Positions 25,201 through 40,455 of a stretch of 64,000 nucleotides of DNA are shown here, piece by piece (the stretch's first letter is position 1; every line of letters starts with the position of its first letter). The position numbers were made by a program, and so were the translations under genes. The notes beneath the pieces were generated by a model that was given only the letters and a program-made list of their open reading frames with translations, made no database searches and was not told the DNA's origin. The stretch comes from the human T2T-CHM13v2.0 reference genome, Homo sapiens, in NCBI RefSeq assembly GCF_009914755.1, contig NC_060929.1; one strand, given 5' to 3'.

Positions 25201-27908
25201 AAGTTTGTTTTGTCTGATATACAAATAGCTATCCCTGCTCACTTTTGGTGTTCATTTGCATGAAATGCCTTTTTCCAGCCCTTTAAGTTTATGTGAGTCC
25301 TTATGTTTTAGGGGAGTCTCCTAAAGGCAGGAGATAGTTGGTTGGTGAGTTTTTATCCATTCTGCGATTCTGTATCTTTTATTAAGTGGAGCATTAAGGC
25401 CATTTACATTCAATGTTAGTATTGAAATATGAGGTACCATTGTATTCATCATGCAATGGTATTTTTGTTTTATAGGTCCTGTGTGATTTATGCTTTAATA
25501 AGGTTCTGTTTTGATGTGTTTCCAGGATTTGTTTCAAGGTTTAGAGCTCCTTTTAGCAGTTCTTGTAGTGATGGCTTGGTAACGGTGAATTCTCTCAGCA
25601 TTTGCTTGTCTGAATATGACTGTATCTTTCCTTCATATATGATGCTTAGTTTCGCTGCATACAGAATTCTTGGCTGATAATCGTTTTGTTTGAGGAAGCT
25701 GAAGATATGGCCCCAATCCCTTCTAGCTCGTAGGGTTTCTTCTGAGAAATCTGCTGTTAATCTGATAGGTTTTCCTTTATAGGTTACCTGGTGCTTCTGT
25801 CTCACAGCTCTTAAGATTCTTTCCTTTGTCTTAACTTTGAATAACCTGATGACAATGTGCCTAGGTGAAGATCTTTTTGTGATACATTTCCCAGGTGTTC
25901 CTTGCGCTTCTTGTATTTGAATGTCTAGATCTCTAGCAAGGCTGGGGAAGTTTTCCTCAATTATTCCCCCAAATATGTTTTCCAAGCTTTTAGAATTGTC
26001 TTCTTCAGGAACACTGATTATTCTAAGGTTTGGTCATTTAACATAATCCCAGACCCCTTGGGGGCTTTGTTCATATTTTCTTATTCTTTTTTGTCTTTGT
26101 TGGATTGGGTTAATTCAAAGACCTTGTCTTCAAGCTCTGAATTTCTTTTTTCTACTTGTTCAATTCTATTGCTGAGATTTTCCTGAGCATTTCACATTTC
26201 TAAAGGTGTGTCCAAAGCTTCCTGAATTTTTGATTGTTTTTTATTTAAGCTATTTCCTTGAATATTTCTCCCTTCACTTCTTGTATCATTTTTTGGATTT
26301 CCTTACATTGGGTTTCAGCTTTCTCTGGTCCCTCCCTGATTAGCTTAATAACTAACTGCCTTAATTCTTTTTCAGGCAAATCAGGGATTTCTTCTTGGTT
26401 TGGATTCATTGCTGGTGAACTAGTGTGATTTTTAGGGGTGTTGAAGAGCCTTGTTTTGTCATATTATGAGGGTTGGTTTTCTGGTTCCTTCTCATTTGGG
26501 TAGGCTCTGTCAGAGGGAAGGTCTAGGGCTGAAGGCTGTTGTTCAGATTTCTTTTTTGTCCCACAGGGTATTCTCTTCATGTAGTACTCTCCCCCTTTTC
26601 CTGTGGATGTGGCTTCCTGTGAGCCAAACTGCAGTGATTGTTGTCTGTCTTCTGGGTCTAGCCACCCAGCCAGTCTACCTGGCTCCAGCCTGGTACTGGA
26701 GGTTGTCTGCACAGAGTCCTGTGATGTGAACCATCTGTGGGTCTCTCAGGTGTGGATATCAGTGCCTATTCCACTGGAGGTGGCAGAGGGTACAGTGGAT
26801 TCTGTGAAGGTCCTTAGCTTTGGTGGTTTAATGCTCTATTTTTGTCCTGGTTGGCCTTCTGCCAGGAGGTGGCACTTTGCAGAAAGCATCAGCTGTAGTA
26901 GTGTGGAGAGGGACCGGCGGTAGGCGGGGCCTTAGACCTCCCAAGATTATATGCCCTTTGTCTTCCACTACCAGAAAGGTGGGTAGGTAGGGAAGGACTA
27001 TGGGGAGTGGGACTAGGCCTGTCTGAGCTCAGACTCTCTTTGAGTGGGTCTTGCTTCAGCTGCTGTGGGGCATGGGGGTGAGATTTCCAGGACACTGGAG
27101 TTGTGGAAGTATTATGGCTGCCTCTGCTGAGTCATGGAGGTTGTCAGGAAAGTAGGGGAAAGCCGGTAGTCACAGGCCTCACCCAGCTCCTGTGCAAACT
27201 GAAGGGCTGGTCTCACTCACACTGTGACCCCAACAACAGCCCCAATTCTGTTTCCAGGTGGAGGGCAAGATGGGCTTGAAAACTTGCCCGAGGCTGTCTG
27301 CCTCCCAGCTGTGAAAGAAAAAGGCTTTAGTTCTTCCCCAGCCTGTGAAGTCTGCAAGCTGGATTCAGATTTGTGCTCTTCCCTGAGTTCTGGCCAGGAA
27401 GATTTTTGCCCTATTAAAATTGTTACAAAGTTCACCTAGAGAATTCCTTCTCCCTGTGGAGTTTTAACCGCTGCTCCTCTGGCCACCGTCCAGATGGATC
27501 CCTGTGGTGCCAGGCAGGAATGGGCTGCTTGGGGACCCAGAGAGCTCGCAGGGCCTTTCTGCTGCTTCCTCTACCCCTATATTTCTCTTGGCTTGGCTCT
27601 CTAATTTAACTCAGCTCCAGGTAAAGTCTGAAACTTCTCCCACAAGCAAACCTTCAACTTCTCCAGTGGGGTGTGTTTGGGAGAGGAGGGCCTCCCTTTC
27701 TCACTTCTACAGTTGGGGCACTCACAGTATTTGGGGTGTCTCCTGGGTCCTGCAGGAGCAGTCTGCTTCCATCAGAGGGTCTGTGGGTCCTCTCAGAATT
27801 GCTGTTTTTTTCTTGCGGTCAATCTGGAGCTAAAATTCACAGTGCAAGCCTCCATACACTGCTCTGTACAGGTGCAATCTAGTCCTGCCTCCCATGCACC
27901 ATGATTAT
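22255..27908 (-). mobile_element. Near full-length decayed L1PB-type LINE-1 (5' UTR, ORF1, ORF2 fragments; 3' end deleted)
   Basis: ORF1 fragment 25488-25985 (EENFPSLARDLDIQIQEAQ); EN fragment 24632-25033 (GDINTPL...SKIDHM); RT fragments 23434-23996 ([17 protein letters not shown]); L1PBa-like 5' end ATCATGG...GGGAGGCAGGACTAGATTGC. Confidence 0.93.
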
Positions 27909-27949
27909 CTCTCCTCTCAGATTCCCTTAATTTCATCTTTAAAATGGAG

Positions 27950-28186
27950 ATGATTTTGGTTCTGCATGTGAGGAGCTTGGAAGTCATCACTTCCATCTTC
28001 ACACTAGAAAAAAGCTGAACAAACTAAAAATCAACAACTCTTCTTATATCTATCAGAGAAATGAAGTCACAGGGCAAATCACTGCCCCTTGTAATTGGAG
28101 TGACAGACAGGCAGATAAAGAATATCACAACTTAACGGAGCAGAAACTTCTGTGGGAACTAGCACTGAAGTAGAAAAACCTGAACT
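27950..28186 (+). mobile_element. Old L1M 5'-end fragment (resumes at ~31782-31990), host of the Alu-L1 insertion
   Basis: GGAGCTTGGAAGTCATCACT...AAAAAGCTGAACAAACT...GTCACAGGGCAAA resembles an L1MC/MD 5' end; MIR-like pieces flank it on both sides. Confidence 0.55.
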
Positions 28187-31766
<3,580 letters not shown>

Positions 31767-32761
31767 AGAAAAACCTGAACTATAATTGCATTGCTGGATG
31801 CTCAGTGTGGACCAGTCAGAGAGAAAAATTCCAGGGGGTGCCAGTCTTGGGGAGCCCCTTCATACTTTTTACATTTTACCTTCAGGAGCCCTAGCAGGTC
31901 CTCCAGTGAAGATCAGAGAAAAATGTCTCATTTTTCCAGCAGGGGAAAGGGGGAAGTAGCCTTTGAAATGTACCAGAAGGTTCTGTTCCTTTAAAAGGGG
32001 GATGCTAATGGTTGAACTAGTTACACCTTCTAGGGATAGTGCAAAGATTAGGTGTGATAATACATGTAAAGCACATAGAGCATGTAAGACCCGTGCTGCT
32101 GTTATTATTTAGCCATATTCCTATACATAAGCTGAGGGTTATTCACCTCTACTAAAGAAGCTACACATGAGTTGGACATCCAGAGAAAGGCTGAAAGGAG
32201 AAAGGTGAAATTTAGCTGGAGGAATGCCTTTATACCTTTAAAATGTATAGTGGTTTGCATCTTGAAAGCATTACCATAATTTGGCATACTATTGTATACA
32301 TTCTCCTATGAATCCCATAAAATAGTTATTCATTCCCTGCTAAGGTAAAGAAAAAAGATAAATAAAATTTCTGAATCTGACCTTTTCCGGGCCCCTTTAC
32401 TTCAGAAGCCAGGATTAGGATTTAAACTTTCCAGCGTCTTGGCCACTTCTTGTTCCCTGGGCAGCCCTTTCAGCTTGATGGTGAGTTGTAAGCAGTGAAC
32501 TGGTTCCTGCAAGAGCAAACAGTAGCAGATACATGGAGAAATTGCTGGCCAGAGATTGCAAAGCACATCACAATTCTAATCGATTCTGAGAGACAAACGT
32601 GGAGACCTGCAAACCTGTGCACAGATGAGGACTTTTACCAGGAGAAATCGCCTGGAGTCCAGATGACAGACTTTTGGAAATGCTAACTTGAAATGTTTTC
32701 TTTCTTGGCTTTAAAAATTTAGCCTTTACTTTGAAGCTGTCAGAAAAAAATGATTTTTGTT

Positions 32762-32765
<4 letters not shown>

Positions 32766-32808
<43 letters not shown>
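32766..32808. repeat. (TG)n microsatellite
   Basis: About 21 TG units. Confidence 0.97.
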
Positions 32809-32810
<2 letters not shown>

Positions 32811-33125
32811 ATACGTTTTTATTTCTCTTGGGCAAATCCCTAGGAGTGGGATTGTTAGGTCATATGGTAAATACAATTTAACTTCATGAGAAACTGCTAA
32901 ACTGTTTGTCAGAGAGGCTGTGCCATTTTAAACAGTCTCAGCAGCAATTTATGAGCATTCCAGTTGCTCCACATCCTTGCCAGCAATTGTTGTCAGGTTT
33001 TAATTTTTTTTTCTAATTGTAGCTGTTATAATAGGTATACAGTGGTATCTCACTGGGGTCTTAATTTACATTTTCTAATATTAACAATGTTGAGTATGTT
33101 TTTTGTTTGCAATTTGCCATTTTCT
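32809..33125 (-). mobile_element. L1M ORF2 3' fragment
   Basis: Antisense translation LPYDLTIPLLGICPREIKTYVH. Confidence 0.85.
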
Positions 33126-33339
33126 TTTCTTTTTTTCACAGGTGACAATGATTGAGGTTTGAATTTATGTGTTTCTGCACTTCCAATACATATATCCCAT
33201 CCTTATTTTTACCCTTCTAATTTCAAAGAATAATTGCATTTTTTTTTGGATAATTTACCCTAGTTCCTCCTTCCATTCTTTACCTTAGCAGGGAATGACT
33301 TAGACTATTATCAATAGTAGTAGCTGGAACATAGTAACT

Positions 33340-35068
33340 TTATTTATTTAACTTTTAAGTTTAGGGGTACATGCGCAGGTTTGTATATAGGTAAATTTGT
33401 GTCATGGAGTTTGTTGTACAGATTATTTCATCATCCAGGTATTAAGCCCAGTACCCCTTAGTTATTTTTCCTAATCCTCTCCCTCCTCCCCACCCTTCAC
33501 TGTTCTATAGGCCCCAGTGTATTTTGTTCCCCTCTATGTGTCCGTGTGTTCTCATCATTTAGCTACCACTCGTAAGTGAGAACATGAAGTATTTGGTTTT
33601 CTGTTCTTGAGTTAGTTTGCCAAGAATAATGGCCTCCAGCTCCATCCCATGTTCCTGCAAAAGACATTTTTATGGCTGCATAGGATTGCCACATTTTCTT
33701 TATCCAGTCTACCATTGGTGGGCATTTAGGTTGATTCCATATCTTTGCTATTGTGAATAGGGCGATAATGAACATATATGTGCATGTCTCTTTATAATAG
33801 AACAATGTCTGGTCCTTTGGGTATATACCCAGTGGTGAGATCGCTGGGTCTAATGGCATTTCTGTTTTTAGGTCTTTGGGGAATTGCCACACTGTCTTCC
33901 ACAATGGTTGAACTAATTTACACTCCTACCGACAGTATATAAGCATTCCTTTTTCTCTGCAGCCTTGCCAGAATCTGTTATTTTTTGATTTTTTAGTAAT
34001 AGCCATTCTGACTGGTGTGAAATGGTATCTCATTGTGGTTTTGATTTGCATTTCTGTAATGATCAGTGATGTTGACCTTTTTTTCATGTGTTTGTTGGCC
34101 ACATGTATGTCTGCATTTGAAAAGTGTCTGTTCATGCACTTTACCTACTTTTTAATGGAGTTTTTAATTGTTCTCTTGTAGATTTGTTTAAGTTCCTCAT
34201 AGATGCAGTATATTAGACATTTGTTAGAGGCATAGTTTGCAAAAAATTTTTCCTATTCTGTAGGTTGTCTGTTCACTCTGTTGGTAGTTTCTGTTGCTGT
34301 ACAGAAGCTCTTTAGTTTAATTAGAACCTATTTGCCAATTTTTGCTTTTGTTGCAGTTGGTTTTGGCATCTTTTGTCATGAAATCTTTGCCTGCTCCTAT
34401 GTCAATAATGGTATTGCCTAGGTTGTCTTCCAGGGTTTTTATAGTTGTGTTTTATATTTAAGCCTTTAATCCATCTTGAGTTAGTTTTTGTATATCGTGT
34501 AAGGAAGGGGTCCAGTTTCAATCTTCTGCATACTGCTAGCCCGTTCTCCCAGCACCATTTATTGAATAGGGAGTCCTTTCCCCATTGCTTGTTTTTGTCA
34601 GGTTTGTTGAAGATCAGACAGTTGTAGGTGTGCGGTCTTATTTCTGGGTTCTCTATTCTGTTCCATTGGTCTATATGTCTTGTTTTTGTACCAGTATCAT
34701 GCTGTTTTGGTTATTATAGCCCTGTAGTATAGTTTGAAGTTGGGTAGCATGATGCCTCCAGCTTTGTTCTTTTTGCTTAAGATTGCCTTGGCTATTCATG
34801 CTCTTTTTTGGTTCAATATGAATTTTAAAATATTTTTTTCTAGTTCTGTGAAGAATATCATTGGTAGTTAAATAGGAATATCATTGAATCTATAAATTGC
34901 TTTGGGCAGTATACCCATTTTAATGATATTGCTTCTTCCTATCCATGAGCAAGGACTATTTTTCCATTTGTTTGTGTCATCTCTGATTTCTTTGAGCAGT
35001 GTTTTGTAGTTGTTTTTGTAGAAATCTTTCAGTTCCCTGGTTAGCTGGTTAGCTGGTTAGCTGTGTTC

Positions 35069-35148
<80 letters not shown>

Positions 35149-35529
35149 GTATATATATATTTGGCAGTTGTGAATGGAATTGTATTCCTGATGTAGCTTT
35201 CAACTTGACTGTTATTGGTGTTTAGGAATACTAGTGATTTTTGCGCATTAATATTTTTGTATCACGAGACTTTGCTGAAGTTGTTTATCAGCTTAAGGAG
35301 CTTTTGGGCCAAGGCTACGGGGTTTTCTAAATATAGGATCATGTAGTCTGCAAACAGGGATAGTTTGACTCCCTGTCTTCCTATTTGGATGCCTTTGATT
35401 TCTTTCTCTTGCCTGATTGCCCTGACCAGGACTTCCAATACTGTGTTGAATAGGAGTGGTGAAAGAGGGCATCCTTGTCTTGTGCTGGTTTTCAAGGGGA
35501 ATGCTTCCAGCTTTTGCCCATTCAGTATG
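33340..35529 (-). mobile_element. 5'-truncated L1PA13-16-like LINE-1
   Basis: 3' end TTTTAAGTTTAGGGGTACATG...; RT remnant [13 protein letters not shown]...[12 protein letters not shown] (35262-35495); degenerate TSD AACATAGTAACTTT / AACGTAATAACTTT. Confidence 0.93.
35073..35160. repeat. Compound (GT)n(AT)n microsatellite inside L1
   Basis: GT run followed by an interrupted AT run; preceded by (CTGGTTAG)x3. Confidence 0.95.
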
Positions 35530-36299
35530 AAACGTAATAACTTTGAAACAACTTATTTTTGTTTTTCCTCATCAGATCCACAGAATGGCTTAGTACAGTT
35601 TAGATTTGTGAGTGGCCAAGTGAATTCCTGTAAGTAATTTCTTTTTCCTGTGTTGTTTGAAAAACAAATGTGAACAACTCTGAAGGAGGCTGTGGTTACA
35701 TGTTTTAATCAGAGGTAACCGATTTGGTTCCTGGTCAATAGAACTTCTGGGAAAACAGTAGTTAAAATTTAAAATGACACAACAATTAAATCCATGATCT
35801 ATTCACTGCTATTGAACCAAGGCCTACCTGGAGCAACAACACAGTGGCTTTCCAAGACACCAACTTTTAAAGGTTAAGAATTTGCTTCACATTTTGAATT
35901 CCTTAATGACATTCTGTTGAGGTCTCACCCGTAGATTTATATATTCAACAGGCTAAAAAGTTAATTGTTATTTGTCTAAAAAGTGATTACCATTTTGATG
36001 AGGGCCTTAGATGAACACATAAAATACATACTGATCAAATTTAGGAATGACAAATCTGAAAAAGATAACTAATATTTTTGATGAAGGGATTGTCAGATCA
36101 CAATTGAATTGTAAATCAAAGCAAACAAGAGGAAATTTAACAGAATACACATAAAGGTTGACACTTTCATAAAAAAATAAGTTGTCAAATATAGAATGGG
36201 AATAGAAGAAACCTATGTTCATAACAGTTAATGTGAAAATAGTGATGAGCATTTTAAGTCAAGTGTGATAAGATATAATGGTTTCATTCTACTTTGGAC

Positions 36300-36672
36300 T
36301 AAGTAGGTAAATATCTAGAATATTGTGACCAATTATGAAAGCCACACATGGGACTTTGAAAATCTGAAGAGGTGTCAGTTTTAACCTAGCAGGATGTGTT
36401 CAATTTTTCAGACACGTCCTATGTGGAAGAGAGGCTAAATCAGTTGGGATCATCCAAGCAGGAGGAGAGAAAGCTTATGGAGCCCGAGGGGTTCCTTCAG
36501 ATACCTGAAGTTCTCTCTATGCTGTAAAGGCTTCTTCACAGCATAGTAAACATCTTGCTGCTCAGTGTGAAGGATGAAGCTAGGACAACAACCTCAGATG
36601 ATGGATGCCATGAAAGGGACATGGGATGGGTGGGAAGTTGCACGGCCTTTGAAGATTCTTTCCAACTCTATG
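36300..36672 (+). mobile_element. Ancient CR1/L3-like LINE 3' fragment
   Basis: GAAGAGAGGCTAAA...CCTTCAGATACCTGAAG...CCTTTGAAGATTCTTTCCAACTCTA resembles the L3/MIR3-type 3' end. Confidence 0.45.
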
Positions 36673-37347
36673 GTTATTTGTTATTTGAAGTTCAAGATTA
36701 ATGCCATTTGAAGAGTTATTTTTGTATATCTTTTATGAAATTTGATGTTCCCCTTGACTGTTCCTATTTTCAAATTTCAGCTATGTTTCCCCATGAAAAT
36801 TTTGAGAATGTTCACATGACTTTAGTATTTAGAGATATCAGTAAACTTACATAGTGCCTGTCTGTAAACCTCTTTGACATTCGTATGCTGTCAAATTGCT
36901 TCACTTGTGGTCTCAGCAAGATTAGGGCTGTTTCTTTCTTCATCCTCTGAGCTAGGATTTATTTCATTATTCTGAAGTTATACAAAAACACACATACATT
37001 CCAAATGCATATCTTTTTGGCTCTTTGTGGAATCTTATTAGGTGTGTTAAATTAGGAAATAGTACAAAAAAAAACCCATGAACAGTCTTCAAGAGTAAGT
37101 GAGTTAATAACTTTTCCTAATTAATTCTTTAGAGGCTCTTCCTGAGAAGAATTTTGCTGGGTGCACATGTCCACCAGCTCTGTGTCCCTCCTAGACCCCC
37201 TCTTTTGCCCCCATTACCTTCTTTGCTGCTACCACAACAAGGTATATTAGCCCTTGAAATTAAAGATGTTGCTGTCCCAGTTGTGCTTGTCTTCACCTAA
37301 ATGCATACAGTCATATTCCAAAAGACTATATATTAGTGATATCTATA

Positions 37348-37684
37348 TAGTTCACCCTTCATATACATGAGCTCCCGTGTGTGGAGTGAACTAATTGCAG
37401 ATATAAAATATTTGGGAAAAAATTTCATGTGTACTGAACATGTATAGACTTTTTTTCTTGTTATCATTTCCTAAATAATACAGAATAATAACCACTGTTT
37501 ACATAGCATTTACATTGTGTTAGGTATTATAAATAATCTGTACATAATTTAAACTGTACAGGAGAATATGCATAAGTCATATGTGAATACCACACCATTT
37601 TATATCAAGTACTTGAGCCATCTGCAGATTGTGGTGTCCATGGGAGGTACTGGAATCAACCCCTATAGATACCGAGGGACAATT
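37348..37684 (-). mobile_element. MER2 (TcMar-Tigger) DNA transposon
   Basis: GTACTGAACATGTATAGACTTTTTTTCTTG...TTTACATAGCATTTACATTGT...GATACCGAGGGACAA. Confidence 0.85.
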
Positions 37685-38558
37685 ATGTTTCTTCAGGTTT
37701 TGAAACCAACTTAATTTTGGAATGGGACCTGAAGTTGATAGCAGCAGTCTTCATTACAACTTTTGAGGTATCCTAGAGATCCTCGGGCCTCAGTTTGAAT
37801 GCCACCGTAGGGTTATGGGGCTGTAACAGATAGTAAGCTATCAGGCCAAGTAAGTGAGCAGCTCTAGGAAATATATAGTGTCTCTTTTCTGGCTGTGGCT
37901 TAGCTGAACATTCTTACCAGACCCCCAAATCCAGTCTGGTTCATATGAAAAAAGGTAAAATAATCTTCTTAATGAAGGCCATTTTTAGGCCTGTTTGAAT
38001 TTAGCAGCTCATATAGGAGAGGAGCATTAAATGATGAAAGGACAATGTCTGCAGGAATAGCACTGCCAAATAAAACAGTTAACTGGCTTTCTGGGGGACC
38101 AGAAATCATCATGGCAAAAGATCATTGTTCAAACTAGTGGTCAAGAGTTGCAATCCTACTTTTGCCCTTTGGCCGGCATGTGTTGGGGAAAGTTGACCTT
38201 AGTATGTGGGCTGGTGGGCCAAAAAAGAAAGTGATGCTATCTGCCTGTTTTAGAGGCCGACCTCTGCCCACTGGGAAGCGTTTGTTATAGGTTTTCACAA
38301 TTTCTAAATATATTTGTGTGGCTGTATAGACTTAAAAAGAGAAATGCTTAAGCTTATGTTTAATAAGAAAATGTAAAATGCAATTTGAGTCTTTATTATC
38401 CTTAACTTTCATGAAATACCCACGGGTTTTTTGTTTGTCCTTATTCTTATACATAAAATTGTGTTATCTTGCTGGCATTAAGTATTTGTAGAAGAGAAAT
38501 ACACAATCTCACCATTTCCCTTTTTCCTTTTTCCTCAGTTTTCTGTAAACATACGTGT

Positions 38559-38596
38559 ACACACACACAGACACACACACACACACACACACACAC
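38559..38596. repeat. (CA)n microsatellite
   Basis: Interrupted AC run. Confidence 0.95.
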
Positions 38597-38764
38597 CCCT
38601 GACTTCAGGTAACCAGTGTTGTCCTAGATGAGGCTGAGCACTGTTTCCTGTTTCTAACATTTTTCCATCTCTTGGAGCCTCTCCCTTTTCCTCCCCCTAC
38701 CCCAAAGAGAAACAAGTAACTATTAATCAGCTTTTATGGGAAATGGAAAATAGACTCTCTAGCC

Positions 38765-38965
38765 TAGCATTGTACAATAGAGTTTTCTGCAATTATGCCA
38801 ATGTTCTGTATTTGCACTGTCCAGTATAGTAGCCATTAGTCATATGCTGCTATTTTGCACTTGAAATGTGGCTAGTAGGATTGAGGAACTGAATTTCTAA
38901 TTTTGTTTCATGTTAATGTAAATTTAAATCACCATATGTGACTAGTGGCTACCATATTAAACAGA
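38765..38965 (+). mobile_element. MER3 hAT-Charlie element
   Basis: CAATAGAGTTTTCTGC...GCACTTGAAATGTGGCTAGT...CTAGTGGCTACCATATT. Confidence 0.85.
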
Positions 38966-39189
38966 ATAACAATTGCCAAATAATTTATAGCATCAGAAAC
39001 TGTGCTGAGCAAATGTACTAATCAGTGGGATGCAACATTCTAAATACCTCTTTTCTATATTGAGCCAAATGGTACTTAGAAGTAATGCAATATCATTTTT
39101 GATAGATGTTAAGATGATCATCAAAAAAGATGAATAAAAGCCAATATCCACCTAAAGCATTTGTAATTGATTGTAGAGACCATTTTCTA

Positions 39190-39700
39190 TTTTATGCTAG
39201 ATGCTTTACATATCGCTTTACAGCTGTATCATCTATTATTTTCACAAGAATTCCAAGTTAGATATTATATTTTCCCATTTCATCTAAGGCAGGAAACTGC
39301 AGCACACCAATTTAAAATAACAAACCAAGGTCACACAGCCAGTAAAGAGTGGAGCCAAGTTTTGAACCCAGGTCAGGCTCTCCTTTGATGCATTTCACAA
39401 TGAATATTTCCGACATGATCTTCTAGGGCACTTGCGCATGCCTCCCTAGTCGTCATTTGGAAGTAGGGCAGGTGTCAAGAACATGAGCCCTGGCACCACA
39501 CTGCTTGTTTGAATCCTGCCTCTACTATTAACACCTATATGAAGTTGAGCAAGTTACTTAATAATATCTCTGGGCCTCAATTTTCTCATTTTAATATGGA
39601 AATATTAAAAGTACCCATCTCATTGGGTTACTGTGAGGGATTAAATAAGTTAGTATCCGGCACATTGTTTGAACTATATATATTTGCCATCATAATTATT
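39190..39700. mobile_element. Two MIR elements head-to-head (- at ~39190-39385, + at ~39475-39700)
   Basis: CAAGGTCACACAGCCAGTAA...TTTGAACCCAGG and TTTGAATCCTGCCTCT...GCAAGTTACTTAA...CTCATTTT MIR cores. Confidence 0.75.
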
Positions 39701-40227
39701 TTTAATTTAAAAGACACTGCCCTTTATGTTAGGATGTTGATTTGATATGATAATAAATGAAGTAGAGATATGCTTTGGGTGTGCTTCCCTATGAAATAAG
39801 AGAGATTCGAATCATTCAGATAATTCAGGAAGAAATACCCTGCTGTTCAGCCACTTTGGTGTCTCTGTCAGTAGGATTATAAAGTTTCAGAGCCCACATG
39901 CCCTGGCCAATTTCTCATCTCTTTGCTTGTCATGTTACCCTTATAGACATCCCCTTTGGTGTCTTTGATTGGTTCTGAATGCTGAGCAGTGACATGCACC
40001 AACACAGCTGGAAAGGCCTGTAAGATTTGCTATTCTGTCTTCCAGCAGGGAATTATTGCCATGGATACCAATATCAGAGGAAGACTGGGGAGCACTCACC
40101 ACTCGCCTCCTGAGTGTCTGACATCTGTTTCTGGCAAGGCCAATAATGAGTATGCTGCTAGCTTCATATCAAATGAGAGTCTGATCTACACCTATTTTGT
40201 TTTTGTTTTGTTTTGTTTTTATCACAG

Positions 40228-40455
40228 ATGGCCTCTGCCCAAGATGCCAGGTACGGCCAGAAAGACTCCTCTGATCAGAACTTTGACTACATGTTCAAAT
40301 TACTCATCATCGGCAATAGCAGTGTGGGGAAAACATCTTTTCTATTCCGTTATGCAGATGACTCCTTTACATCTGCATTCGTCAGCACAGTTGGGATCGA
40401 TTTCAAAGTAAAAACTGTATTCAAAAATGAAAAGAGAATCAAGCTTCAGATTTGG
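40228..40455 (+). CDS. RAB3C: RAB3C exon 2 ([76 protein letters not shown])
   Basis: Acceptor (TTTTG)n-ATCACAG| and donor TGG|GTAAGT; 228 nt, phase 0-0; G1 P-loop GNSSVGKT and effector loop TVGIDF; [10 protein letters not shown] and KNEKRIK distinguish RAB3C from RAB3A/B/D. Confidence 0.98.
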
